Source: Desulfobacterales bacterium
GTDB taxonomy: Bacteria; Desulfobacterota; Desulfobulbia; Desulfobulbales; VMSU01
NCBI GenBank assembly: GCA_011330685.1
Contig: DRPV01000292.1
Coordinates: 1 to 52,638 of the forward strand
Direction: 5' to 3'
DNA length: 52,638 bases
The notes beneath the pieces were generated by a model. That model saw only the letters and a program-made list of their open reading frames with translations. It was not told the origin of the DNA and ran no database searches. Below, piece by piece: positions 28,531-38,698 of this stretch. The position numbers were made by a program, and so were the translations under genes. Positions within the stretch are counted from its first letter, which is position 1. Every line of letters starts with the position of its first letter.

Positions 28531-30183
28531 ATGAAAAGTTTAACACTCGACACTATTTTCTCCCTGCGCCCGGAAGGCACCTTGTGCTGTGATTTATCAG
28601 GCGAAATAGTCTTCTTCAATCCGGCCTTCAAGATTTTTTTCAAGTCCTTGAGCACTGATGATTTATTTGTTGGGGGCAACATTTTTGACCTGCTTCCCAG
28701 CCGCTACCGTGAACTATGGCGGCTCTATATCGGCCAGCCGACCGGCGAGGATAATATTATCTCGTTAATTCAAGACGACAAGGTAAGATACTGGCAATTA
28801 TCATTTGCCTCATCCCCCGCGGATGATGAGGCCGGCTGGTCATTACTGGTCAGGGATATCACCCCGTTACAGAGCCAGCTAAATGAGTTGCGTGATTCAT
28901 ACCAGGCCCTGGAAAATCAATTTATTGACGGGGCGGATCAGATAGAGACCAACATTATCCTGGCCCGCGAAATATCGGAGAGAAAGATTGCCCAGGAAAA
29001 GCTGTCAGAGAGCAAAGAGCGTCTGAGCCAGATTATTGACGGTAACTCCATCCCCACCTTCGTGCTTGACAAAAATCATCGAATTACTCACTGGAACAAG
29101 GCACTGGCCCGTTTAACGGGGCTCGCCTATGAAGAGGTAATCGGCCGTGATGTCCAGTGGCGGGCCTTTTACTCCCATAAACGGCCCACCATGGCTGATT
29201 TAGTTCTCGAAAAGGCCCCGGAGCGGGAAATAAAACGTTTTTATGACCATAAATACCGGCGCTCAGTTCTGCTTAAAGACTCCTATGAGGTGGAGGATCG
29301 TTTTGAGTGGCAGGGAGAGCATAAATGGCTTTTTTTTACCGCCGCGCCCCTCATTAATCGGGCCGGGGAAATAATCGGGGCAGTTGAAACCCTGCAAGAC
29401 ATCACCGACCGCAAAGAGATGGAAGAAAAGTTCCTGCTCTATCAGGATATCTTGGAGAAAAGGGTCAAAGAGCGCACCACGCAGCTCCAGAAAACCTATG
29501 AGCAGTTACTTCACGCCGAAAAGCTAAGCGCTGTCGGCAAGCTGGCCGCCTCCATCGCCCATGAATTCGGCAACCCCATTATAGGGATCAGAAATTTCCT
29601 CATCGGACTGCATAAAACCGCCATTATGGATCAAGATGACTCCGAGATGTTAGACCTGGCCATTGAGGAATGCCAGCGGGTTAAGGACTTAATCAGCAAT
29701 CTGCAAAACTTTAACCGTCCGACCAGCGGCGCGGCCTCACCCATGGATATTCATAAGGCCATCGATGATATGCTGCTTTTCTGTAAAAAAAGCTTTAAAG
29801 AAAACAAAATCCTTGTTAAGAAAGATTATCAAACTCAAATGCCCCGGGTTGTAGCTGTTGTAGATCAAATCAAGCAGGTTATCTTAAACTGCCTGAACAA
29901 CGCCCAGGAAGCAATTTATCCCGGCCAGGGTATTATCAGTATCTCAACGGAAGTTATCGGCAATATGGCCCTCCTGCATATTAAAGATACCGGCAAGGGC
30001 ATTAAGGAGAACGACCTCATACATATATTTGAGCCATTTTTTTCTACCAAACCAGCGGTGGAGGGTACCGGATTAGGGCTCTCGGTCAGTTATGGAATTA
30101 TGAAAAAACACCGGGGGAATATTGAGGTAACAGAGACCTCGGCACAGGGCACCACATTTACCATCTCCCTGCCCATAAGCTGA
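28531..30183 (+). CDS. Cytoplasmic PAS-domain sensor histidine kinase
   Basis: Two PAS-like regions; H-box IAHEFGNP; N, G1, F, G2 boxes (DTGKGI, FEPFFSTK, GTGLGL). Confidence 0.93.
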   Translation: MKSLTLDTIFSLRPEGTLCCDLSGEIVFFNPAFKIFFKSLSTDDLFVGGNIFDLLPSRYRELWRLYIGQPTGEDNIISLIQDDKVRYWQLSFASSPADDEAGWSLLVRDITPLQSQLNELRDSYQALENQFIDGADQIETNIILAREISERKIAQEKLSESKERLSQIIDGNSIPTFVLDKNHRITHWNKALARLTGLAYEEVIGRDVQWRAFYSHKRPTMADLVLEKAPEREIKRFYDHKYRRSVLLKDSYEVEDRFEWQGEHKWLFFTAAPLINRAGEIIGAVETLQDITDRKEMEEKFLLYQDILEKRVKERTTQLQKTYEQLLHAEKLSAVGKLAASIAHEFGNPIIGIRNFLIGLHKTAIMDQDDSEMLDLAIEECQRVKDLISNLQNFNRPTSGAASPMDIHKAIDDMLLFCKKSFKENKILVKKDYQTQMPRVVAVVDQIKQVILNCLNNAQEAIYPGQGIISISTEVIGNMALLHIKDTGKGIKENDLIHIFEPFFSTKPAVEGTGLGLSVSYGIMKKHRGNIEVTETSAQGTTFTISLPIS

Positions 30184-30209
30184 CCGCCGCCCTTCACCCC
30201 GCCTTAGAG

Positions 30210-30278
30210 GTAAGCGCTCCTGAAACGCTTACAGTTAAGGGGTTACATGAACTTGAGTGTGGTTAATTGATCGCTTAC
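30210..30278 (-). mobile_element. MITE-like element, GTAAG subfamily (69 bp)
   Basis: GTAAGCG...CGCTTAC ends; perfect 8-bp TSD CCTTAGAG. Confidence 0.9.
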
Positions 30279-30296
30279 CCTTAGAGGAGAACTAAC

Positions 30297-31070
30297 ATGC
30301 TGCAAACACTAATTATCTTACTCGCAATCCTTTTCCCCCATGCCGCTTTCAGCGCCAAACCGGCGGCCCCGGTTCTGCTCTTCGACGAGGGCCATAAACA
30401 ACATTTTTTGATCGAGCAGAATAAGGCCCTTGATCTCTCGAATTTAGCGGCAATATTTAAGGGTCAGGGCTTTATTGTCAAATCATCTGACAAGCCGTTG
30501 ACTACTGAATTATTAAGCCGGATATCCACTCTGATCATATCCGGCCCCTTTCAGCCCTACAGCCGGATGGAAATAGCCGCCATCAAAAATTTTATAAACA
30601 AAGGCGGCCAGCTGGTGGTAATGCTTCATATTGCCTCGCCGACAGCCGGGCTGCTGACGGCACTTGGCGTGGCGGTATCCAGTAATATTGTCCACGAAAG
30701 AACTAATTTGCTTGAACCGCCAGGCACTACCAACTTCTACCTGACGGATCTGGCTCCCCACCCGCTGACCAAGGGGCTGTCCCGAATTAATCTTTATGGA
30801 GCCTGGGCTTTGAACACCCGCCTGGCGGCCAATGTCATCGCCCGCACCAGTCAAAAGGCCTGGGTTGACCTTAATCATGACCAAAAACTTGACGCGGGGG
30901 ACGCGGTTCAGGCCTTCAGCGAGATTGTCACCGGCCAACTGGGACACGGCCACTTCATTATCTTTGCCGATGACGCCATCTTCCAAAACCGCTTCCTGAC
31001 AGGCAATAACCGTACCCTGGCTCTTAATATGGCAAAATGGTTGAAACAGGGGAGTTATTACCAGCTATAA
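30297..31070 (+). CDS. Exported protein, DUF4350/GIFT-like (class I glutamine amidotransferase-like fold)
   Basis: Signal peptide; LLFDEGH, LIISGP..YS..EI..I..FI..GG, F.N motifs. Confidence 0.65.
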   Translation: MLQTLIILLAILFPHAAFSAKPAAPVLLFDEGHKQHFLIEQNKALDLSNLAAIFKGQGFIVKSSDKPLTTELLSRISTLIISGPFQPYSRMEIAAIKNFINKGGQLVVMLHIASPTAGLLTALGVAVSSNIVHERTNLLEPPGTTNFYLTDLAPHPLTKGLSRINLYGAWALNTRLAANVIARTSQKAWVDLNHDQKLDAGDAVQAFSEIVTGQLGHGHFIIFADDAIFQNRFLTGNNRTLALNMAKWLKQGSYYQL

Positions 31071-31084
31071 AAAAACAATAACCA

Positions 31085-33124
31085 TCAGTGAACCAAGGGC
31101 CGGACTGTCCCTGTGCCCTTTTGCTTAAGTATCCCTTTTGCCGTAATGGTTACCACGGCTTTGGCCTCGAATCTATCCTTATCAAGAATCCCGTTGGCCG
31201 CGGCATCCACCACGAAATGGAAGACATAACGTCCTGGAGTTAGATGGTTGGGCGCACTGCGATATATTTCATAATGCCGCAAATTAAACAACGGCCCATG
31301 GTAAACCGGGATTTTGTTTTGACTCCAGCCCCTGGCCTTTGACAGCCAAAGTTTATGGCCATCGGGCGTATCGTACCAGAACCAAAAATCAGCCGGAGAC
31401 ATGAGGCCGAAGGTGTGGAGAAAAACCACCATAGACAGCGGTGTCCCCTGGCTTAAACGCAGAGCGCCGCTAAGGGCGTTAATCGTCAGGGTGAGCAACG
31501 GTTTCCGGTTGGTATTTTTCCTGCTTGCCCGCCTGGGCCAGATGAAAAACTTCATGGACTTGGGAAAGTCCTTAACTGTTTTTGGATAAGGGCCAAAGGT
31601 TATAACATGGGCGTAATACATATTTATACTGGTTTCAGTTGCCGACCAATAATCGCCGCCGCCCTGAACATTTTTCACCCCCTGGGTATTCAGCCAGTCA
31701 GCGCTGTTCCGCACGGCGGGATTAACCAGAGTCTCTAAATCCTCAATAGTCGGCAGCTGCCAGTCACTGAAGGTACCGTCATACCCCGCGCACTTATCGG
31801 CGGCAGGTTTATGATTGAATTTTTTAATAACCTTGAATGATTCCGGCCACGACTGCCTGCCAAAGCAATTACCATCGCTGAGCCATGTAATACCGGTAAG
31901 ACGATCCATGCTGGTTCCATCTCCATTACTCATAAAACGTGGATAAGGGGGCCAGGCAATATCATCACTGAACTTCGGGGCCAAAGTAAGGGTATAGGCT
32001 CGCTGATTATTCGCCGTCCTGGCCTTCATGGTGGTGATTCTAACGGGCAGCGGGGTTTGGCTTATCCTCCTAACCAGTATGGCCCCCAAGGGCCTGTCCT
32101 TCGCCTGGCTGACCAGGGCACCGGTGTCAAAGTTAATGGTGTAAGCCTCACGGGGACTGGCAACTGCCGTGGTGGATGTCCAATAATCACCGGAGGGGGT
32201 ATCAGCAAACACCGCTTTGAAGGCGGCAGGAAAATCAGTCTGAAAATTCACCAGACTCATCAATTCCACCCGGTCAGGCAATAACCAGCCCCGATAATTA
32301 CCGTTATAACCCTGGCATTGGGCTTTGGCCTTTACCGAGAAACCGCCCGCCGCCTTCAAGGCACCGGACCAGTTCAATCCGCGCAGACATTGAGTATCAC
32401 GCAGCCACATGAGGCCGCTGCTGATATCAGAAACTGTGCCATCATGATTATTCACGAACCTGGTGCGCGACTTGGAGCCGGCGACCGCCGCGCTCTTAAC
32501 TGCCGGCCGCCCCCCGCGAACCGGTAAAACGAATGATTTTTTGATCTTACTCGCAAATACTATTTTGCCATTACTGAAATCAACCAGCCAGGCGTCTAAG
32601 GGATTCCGGTAAGAGGTGGCACTCCAGTAAGGGCCGGCAAACATTTTAACACCCCGGCTTTTAAGATAATCAGCCGGCACCTTGATGCCGGAATCAAGAA
32701 GGCCGGCCAACTCCTGAACAGTGGCCAGACGCCAGTCCTTATAAGTACCTCTATAGCCCGAACATGCCTTTAATAAGCCACCGTTTAAGGCCGTAAGTTT
32801 TTTCTTTGCCCCTAGCCAGGAATGGGAGTTCAGGCACTTACCATCAGCCAGCCATATAAGCCCGGTTAATTTATCGATAAAGGTGCCGTCGGCCTTAATT
32901 TTGAACCGTGGACTCGGCCACACCACCCCGCGCTGCTGCTCTCCATCCTGCCCGGAGCCTTTACATTCCACAAAGGTGCCTTTGGTACCGTAACAGCTCA
33001 ACTGGCCGCTGCGAGGCAGGGTCAACGAAGAAGAGGTAGCACTTTCCCCTGCCGGGGCGGCCGGGGAAATCCCCGGCGCCGCAAGGCATAAAACAGTAGT
33101 AAATAAAAGTAATATAAGTCTCAT
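31085..33124 (-). CDS. Secreted protein with three DUF1566 (Lcl C-terminal) domains
   Basis: Signal peptide; three RF...DGT..D..(T/S)G(L/I).W...W.L....EL...YWS repeats; distinct C-terminal domain. Confidence 0.85.
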   Translation of the reverse strand: MRLILLLFTTVLCLAAPGISPAAPAGESATSSSLTLPRSGQLSCYGTKGTFVECKGSGQDGEQQRGVVWPSPRFKIKADGTFIDKLTGLIWLADGKCLNSHSWLGAKKKLTALNGGLLKACSGYRGTYKDWRLATVQELAGLLDSGIKVPADYLKSRGVKMFAGPYWSATSYRNPLDAWLVDFSNGKIVFASKIKKSFVLPVRGGRPAVKSAAVAGSKSRTRFVNNHDGTVSDISSGLMWLRDTQCLRGLNWSGALKAAGGFSVKAKAQCQGYNGNYRGWLLPDRVELMSLVNFQTDFPAAFKAVFADTPSGDYWTSTTAVASPREAYTINFDTGALVSQAKDRPLGAILVRRISQTPLPVRITTMKARTANNQRAYTLTLAPKFSDDIAWPPYPRFMSNGDGTSMDRLTGITWLSDGNCFGRQSWPESFKVIKKFNHKPAADKCAGYDGTFSDWQLPTIEDLETLVNPAVRNSADWLNTQGVKNVQGGGDYWSATETSINMYYAHVITFGPYPKTVKDFPKSMKFFIWPRRASRKNTNRKPLLTLTINALSGALRLSQGTPLSMVVFLHTFGLMSPADFWFWYDTPDGHKLWLSKARGWSQNKIPVYHGPLFNLRHYEIYRSAPNHLTPGRYVFHFVVDAAANGILDKDRFEAKAVVTITAKGILKQKGTGTVRPLVH

Positions 33125-34107
33125 TTTTCTTTCTTTTTTACAACTCGTGCCCCGGCAGCGGCTGGTTTCAAACGTTCTTCAACCGCAAAAGTGAAAGCGG
33201 TGGGGGCGAGTCTCCGCGGGGCTTTGTGATCGGAGAATTCAACAAACACCCCTCCCACAAAATCGCCCTCAAGACGCTTACCATTTTTAGCGGTAAGAAG
33301 GCCGTGTCCCTGAAATTTACCATCCACAAACATGCCCCGATACTCCGCGCCGTTATTCATCTTCAAAACACCGTGTCCGGTGATCCGGCCGGCCTTGAAA
33401 TCGCCCTTATATTTGCTGCCGTCTATATTAGTTAATTGGCCGCTGCCTTCATATTTACCGTTTTTAAAGTCCCCTTCGTACCAGGTACCGTTGGGAAAGG
33501 CGAGTTTACCGATCCCCGAATAGCGCCCATCCTTAAATTTGCCCACATAGATCCGGCCGTCAGCCATAATCAGCTTACCTGTCCCATTATATTTGCCGTC
33601 CTTAAATTTACCCACGTATTTATCACCATTGGGCTGCACAAGGGTACCCTTGCCATTAAACAAGGCGTGTTTGTAATTCCCCTCATAACGACGCTTAGAG
33701 GGCTCTATCAACAGACCGTGGCCGCGGTAAAACACCCCGTTACGCCACAGCCCCTTCCAGTATGAGCCATTGCGGAGCTTTTTAGTTCCCTGACCATTGG
33801 CCAGAAAATTATAAAACTGACCTTCGTATCTACTGCCATCCGGCCAGGTCTTAACGCCATGCCCCATACTGATCCCTTTAAGAAAAACGCCCTGAATGGT
33901 GATTCCCGTTTTCAGGATAACAATTCCCGAACCATTGGCAAGTCCCTTGCTGAAGGAACCAATATAGCGATCACCATTTGGCATGAGAAGCATACCCCGG
34001 CCGTTACGACAATCGCCCTTGAGGCATTTACCGGCCGGGGCCGCCTGACCTGCCGCCAAGCATGATGTGGACAGGCAAAGGCTTATTATTAAGAATATAT
34101 AGTACAT
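33121..34107 (-). CDS. Secreted MORN-repeat protein
   Basis: Signal peptide, C..GDC.NG.G, about 10 Y.G.F.DG...G.G repeats; ATGA-coupled to the DUF1566 gene. Confidence 0.9.
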   Translation of the reverse strand: MYYIFLIISLCLSTSCLAAGQAAPAGKCLKGDCRNGRGMLLMPNGDRYIGSFSKGLANGSGIVILKTGITIQGVFLKGISMGHGVKTWPDGSRYEGQFYNFLANGQGTKKLRNGSYWKGLWRNGVFYRGHGLLIEPSKRRYEGNYKHALFNGKGTLVQPNGDKYVGKFKDGKYNGTGKLIMADGRIYVGKFKDGRYSGIGKLAFPNGTWYEGDFKNGKYEGSGQLTNIDGSKYKGDFKAGRITGHGVLKMNNGAEYRGMFVDGKFQGHGLLTAKNGKRLEGDFVGGVFVEFSDHKAPRRLAPTAFTFAVEERLKPAAAGARVVKKKEK

Positions 34108-34119
34108 AATTTTTTGGGA

Positions 34120-34169
34120 CTAACTATTCAGTAGGGGCACCCCCCTAAACTTGTATAACCGTAAGTTAC
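34120..34169 (+). repeat. Internally deleted GTAAC-subfamily element
   Basis: TAACTATTCAGTAGGGGCACCCCCTAAACTTGTATAACCGTAAGTTAC. Confidence 0.7.
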
Positions 34170-34249
34170 GGTGAAAATACACCATAATATCACAAAATAG
34201 AACTGATTTTGTTGTGCCTGAGCAGCCGGAGGTGACCGTCAACCTCCTC

Positions 34250-35884
34250 TTATCGGTCTGATTTACGGCGCATTATCTCTATCCAGTATGGCGAGGACGG
34301 CGGCCAAACTACCGTGGGCTGCCATGAATACCGGCTCTGATTCTGATAAATCTCCACCATACCCACCCGTTTATATTTCTTAAGATAACCAGGAAGCCAA
34401 TTAAATATCAAGGGGTTAGATGTTCGACGCCGGAGCCATGAATAGGAAATATTGACCATAACCAGATATTGCGGCTTGGCCAGCTCCACCTCCTTTATAA
34501 GCTCACGCTGCATCGTCCGGGCAAAAGGCTGATTTTCCATGAGCGGATACATATAAATGTAGCCGCTGGCCGATTTGAGACCACTGTAAAAATACAACTG
34601 CGGCTCCGAGCCGAATACCATAAGCCGGTCATTCTTTTTGGCGTGGGTTCTTAGATAGTTACCAACAGCGAGGGACTCGACAAAGGGATTGGGCCAGTAT
34701 GTCTCCCGTACCACCGCCTCCGGCGTGCTCTCCCACAGAAAATGACGCTGATTATAGAGACTGGCCCCTATAAACACAATGAGCAAAGCTACGGGCAGGC
34801 CGTAGCGCATAATCCTGCCGCGGTTAGCCATTATCCCGCTTAAAAACAGAAAAGGCAAGCCCGCCAGAAGAGCGACTGCCGGCAGAATAAAAATAAAATA
34901 ATGGGGCCGGAAATAACCGCCCATGGCCACCGCCATGGCCGAGAAAACAGTAAAGGAAGAGAGAAACCAAAACAGCTCTGAGCCCCGATAACGCCAAACA
35001 AGAATAATAAATCCAGCTCCGGAACTCAACCAGAGGAGTGGAGAGGCGCTGATAATATCACCCAGCCGGCCGCTTAAAAAGCGCCAGGCATCAGCCCATG
35101 AAAGCATCTCACTGTAACGACTGGCATATTCTATGGTCCAAAACCAGAATTTAGAGAATACCCCGGCCTCATAAAGCCACAGGCAGGTGATGATATAGGG
35201 CAGAAACACTCCCAGGCTGAAGGATAAGGCCCAGGCCCATGGACGATCCCCCGGCCGCCTGGCCAGCAGACAGCGGCCCAATCCGTAACCAGCACCCCAG
35301 AGAATAAAAAATAGACCGTGCTGTTTAATAATAAAGGCGCAGCCAAACATAAATCCCGCCGCCGCCATCCCCCACAGCGCCTGACTGTCAAGGGCCATAA
35401 GCAGCAACAAGACCCCGCTTAGAGACGCCATAATCACAAAATGTTCAGCGTTGGCGAACACCCCCTGCACCGGCTGCCCCATACTCAAAACAGCGAATAC
35501 ACCCGCCGCGGCCACCCCGGCCAGGGCTCCGGCCTGCCGGCGGCCAATGAGAAAAATAAGGATGCTGTTAATGATATTGACCATGAGCAGTCCAGCATGA
35601 ATCCCCCAGGGACTGGCCCCCAGCAGCTTAATCAGCAGGGCATAGAGTACATAAATACCCGGCAGCTTCATATTATAGAGCAGGGTATAAGGTGGAATTC
35701 CCTGCAGTAAAAGCTGACCGCCGTAGGCATACTCCCCTTCATCACGCTCCAGAGCCACGCCAAGCAAATGCCAGCGCAGCCAGACAGTGGCCAGTATAAT
35801 CAGCAGGAGACCAAGCCAGGCCGGCCAGTCAGCGAATTTATTATTTGCTCTCTTAAAATCAGATAACATAATCATCCAAGCCAA
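34250..35884 (-). CDS. GT-C fold membrane glycosyltransferase (ArnT/PMT, GT39/GT83-like)
   Basis: ERDEGEYAY and KLPG motifs after TM1; many TM segments; YF.PHYF. Confidence 0.8.
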   Translation of the reverse strand: MAWMIMLSDFKRANNKFADWPAWLGLLLIILATVWLRWHLLGVALERDEGEYAYGGQLLLQGIPPYTLLYNMKLPGIYVLYALLIKLLGASPWGIHAGLLMVNIINSILIFLIGRRQAGALAGVAAAGVFAVLSMGQPVQGVFANAEHFVIMASLSGVLLLLMALDSQALWGMAAAGFMFGCAFIIKQHGLFFILWGAGYGLGRCLLARRPGDRPWAWALSFSLGVFLPYIITCLWLYEAGVFSKFWFWTIEYASRYSEMLSWADAWRFLSGRLGDIISASPLLWLSSGAGFIILVWRYRGSELFWFLSSFTVFSAMAVAMGGYFRPHYFIFILPAVALLAGLPFLFLSGIMANRGRIMRYGLPVALLIVFIGASLYNQRHFLWESTPEAVVRETYWPNPFVESLAVGNYLRTHAKKNDRLMVFGSEPQLYFYSGLKSASGYIYMYPLMENQPFARTMQRELIKEVELAKPQYLVMVNISYSWLRRRTSNPLIFNWLPGYLKKYKRVGMVEIYQNQSRYSWQPTVVWPPSSPYWIEIMRRKSDR

Positions 35885-37323
35885 AGCGGAGTTAGATGCT
35901 GCAGAAACCAGGGAAAATCACCATAGATAAAAAGCAGAGCCGCCGCTCCGCCCGCCGTCCACTGCCACCAGCGGGGCATCCGGTACAACAGGCCATGAGC
36001 GAGAATTATATATAATGGGGCCAGAACCGGGAAGATATAACGGCCGGTAATGGCCAGGCCCACCATTCCCGTCTGGCTGTAGATACCATAATTCACCATC
36101 TGCATCAGGATGGTGATATAAAACAGGGTGATAAAGAGCGGCGGCCCAAGACCAGGGGGAACGCCCGGCCGCCACCGCCAACAGAACAGGGCCGCAGCCA
36201 GAATAAAAAAGGCATAGTACAGCCTGATGAGACCTGGTTTTTTATACATGGAAAGCTGAGCGGCGACACCATAGGTGCGGGCAAACATATACCTGAGCCA
36301 GGAACGACTGTAAGAGAGCCGGCTCATGGGAGCCGATGGCTGGGCATTCCCGGCCCGCCGGGCCTCAAGGAGCATATTCAGGGCATCGGCCCGGTCGGCA
36401 GGATTCCTTATCCCCAGGGCAAGACGTTGGGCAGCAAGCCAGTCCAGACGGCCATTTTTGAATTCCCGCACCACATACCCTCTGGTAAACAAACGATTTT
36501 GCAGACAGGCATTCAGGGGCAAAACCATATTCATGGTCGGCAGTAATTGGCCGAAACGCAGCAGATTGCCGAGATAAAGGTTGAGGTTCAAGGCCAGCAG
36601 GGTCAAGAGTGCCAGCAGTTTAAGCCAGTTAAGCCAGGAATGGGCGCGCAGACCGCCCGCAATGACCGCGAAAAGAGTTTTCCACTCCCGAGCCGCCAAT
36701 ATAATTACCATGGCCGCGGCATAGGGAAGAAAGACATTTTTGGTCATGGTTCCGGCCAGGGTGAGAACCGCCCAGCCAATAAGGTCGTTATAACCATGCT
36801 CTCTAAAAAAACGGCTCAGATAATAAAGGGAAGTAACAGCCAGCAGGGTGGAAAGGTTATCATAATTCACCGCCCCATAGATAAAGGTCAGCATCATGGT
36901 GCTGGTCATCATTACCATAAAGAGCAGACGCACCGCCGAACTGTCCACAAGCAGAGTTATCAGCCGCCAGGCAAAAAAAATGGCTGTCAGACCAAGAGCA
37001 ACATTGACAAGGCGCAAAAATATAAGATCCGTAAGGGGAAAGACATTTAGGTGCAGAAGCCGCCCCATGAGCCAAAAATAGAGATCAGGTATATGGGTAA
37101 TAAGACCAAGATGATATGAGGCCGCGGAATCGGAGGGCGGCAGAAGGTTAGCGGAGAACAGGCGGCTGATACCGAACCAGGTTGATTCATCGGGAAATAC
37201 TCCCCGGCCGATATTAACCGCCAGCCAGGCGGTTTTAATTCCAAAGCAGACAAAGAGCAGCAAGAAGACAAACTGCTCGCCTCTATGTAGACGGGGCTGA
37301 ATACTTGAGTGGGGAACCCGCAT
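35872..37323 (-). CDS. Polytopic membrane protein, probable GT-C glycosyltransferase
   Basis: PDE after TM1, VNYDNL, GRYIFP motifs; many TM segments. Confidence 0.65.
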   Translation of the reverse strand: MRVPHSSIQPRLHRGEQFVFLLLFVCFGIKTAWLAVNIGRGVFPDESTWFGISRLFSANLLPPSDSAASYHLGLITHIPDLYFWLMGRLLHLNVFPLTDLIFLRLVNVALGLTAIFFAWRLITLLVDSSAVRLLFMVMMTSTMMLTFIYGAVNYDNLSTLLAVTSLYYLSRFFREHGYNDLIGWAVLTLAGTMTKNVFLPYAAAMVIILAAREWKTLFAVIAGGLRAHSWLNWLKLLALLTLLALNLNLYLGNLLRFGQLLPTMNMVLPLNACLQNRLFTRGYVVREFKNGRLDWLAAQRLALGIRNPADRADALNMLLEARRAGNAQPSAPMSRLSYSRSWLRYMFARTYGVAAQLSMYKKPGLIRLYYAFFILAAALFCWRWRPGVPPGLGPPLFITLFYITILMQMVNYGIYSQTGMVGLAITGRYIFPVLAPLYIILAHGLLYRMPRWWQWTAGGAAALLFIYGDFPWFLQHLTPLWLG

Positions 37324-37531
37324 AATTTACTCCTGACCATTGCACTTTATTTTTTCTCACTTTGTTTTTAGCGGGCTGTCGCTATAAAGTCAACCTCACT
37401 TAAAAGCAATAAGCACTGCCGGTAACGACCATGGCCGCTCAGCGAATCCTGACCGTCACCTGCAAGAAACACGCTGCCCTCCAGACCATATGATACTGGA
37501 AATACCATATAATTTATGATAGTCTGTCGGT

Positions 37532-37584
37532 GTAACCATTCAGCTGCACTCCATCTCGGAGTCTACGCTTTCCTGAACAGTTAC
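37532..37584 (-). repeat. Short internal unit of GTAAC-subfamily element
   Basis: GTAACCATTCAGCTGCACTCCATCTCGGAGTCTACGCTTTCCTGAACAGTTAC. Confidence 0.8.
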
Positions 37585-37633
37585 TAATTAAGCGCCTCAA
37601 CCCCCTTTACTATTTACCTGACAACACCATATT

Positions 37634-38530
37634 TTGATAAGTCCTGACAATTTCACCGCCATAACCCATGATTCAATGCCGGAATACCGGCACCATTTAG
37701 ATGCCGCATCTCAGGCCGCCTCGGACTACAGCTTTGTAAATATATGGGCCTGGGCCCAGGAATACGGACTGACCTGGGCCTGGGATAATGATCTGGTCTG
37801 GCTGCGCCAGAGTCTGCCCTATCCCGCCTATTGGGCGCCGGTGGGGAACTGGGAAGCCGTTGACTGGCAGCCCCGGCTGTTGGAACTTACCGAAAAGCTG
37901 CCCATTATCCGGGTTCCGGAAAAACTGGCCGGGCTCTGGCAGAGTCAGGCAGCCCACATTATAACCGGGGAAGAGGCGAGAGATCATTGGGATTATATCT
38001 ATGATACCAGCGAATTAATCACTCTAAAGGGCAGAAAATTCCATAAAAAGAAGAATCTGCTGAACCAGTTTAAAAGTAAACACGACTGGCATTATATCCC
38101 CATGGAACAACCCTTTGTCGACCAGGTTCTAAAGATGCAGTTAAACTGGTGCACATGGCGTAATTGTGAGGCCTCAGCCGGTCTGGCGGCCGAGGACAGG
38201 GTAATCAGCAAGGTTCTCCATAATTACGCCGCCCTGCCCAATCTCCTGGGCGGCGTAATCATGGTAAATGAATTTGATGTCGCGGCCTTTATCGTCGCCG
38301 AGATTATTCGTCCAGACACCTTGGTTGTCCATTTTGAAAAGGGCATGGGAGGCTATAAAGGCATATATCAGGCCATCAACCAGATGTTTTTAGCCGCTAA
38401 CCCGGAATTTGTTTTTGTGAACAGAGAGCAGGATCTCGGCAACGAGGGTCTGCGCAAGGCCAAAATGTCCTATAATCCGGCTGAATTTATTAAAAAATAT
38501 ACCTTTAAGTGGTTGCAGCTCAACTCCTGA
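37634..38530 (+). CDS. DUF2156 / LPG-synthase C-terminal-like GNAT-fold protein
   Basis: DYSFVNIWAW, DYIY...L.GRKF.KKKN, HFEKG, NREQDLG.EGLRKAKMSY.P; start codon uncertain. Confidence 0.85.
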   Translation: MISPDNFTAITHDSMPEYRHHLDAASQAASDYSFVNIWAWAQEYGLTWAWDNDLVWLRQSLPYPAYWAPVGNWEAVDWQPRLLELTEKLPIIRVPEKLAGLWQSQAAHIITGEEARDHWDYIYDTSELITLKGRKFHKKKNLLNQFKSKHDWHYIPMEQPFVDQVLKMQLNWCTWRNCEASAGLAAEDRVISKVLHNYAALPNLLGGVIMVNEFDVAAFIVAEIIRPDTLVVHFEKGMGGYKGIYQAINQMFLAANPEFVFVNREQDLGNEGLRKAKMSYNPAEFIKKYTFKWLQLNS

Positions 38531-38698
38531 AAGTCCATTCCATCCCAAAAAAATTACTCTCCTGCCGATAAAATTAAAATTTTCATGCCCAATGCAGCGC
38601 AAAATTATGCTAAAATCAAGATCAGGCCGGCAATAACTTTTTTCTTGGGGTCTGGCCGAATACCCTGGATATAAGCACAAAAAGATGAGGTATAGAAG

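Noticed and set aside
31085-33124. Complete diversity-generating retroelement
   Set aside because: No reverse transcriptase, Avd or template repeat seen in the window.
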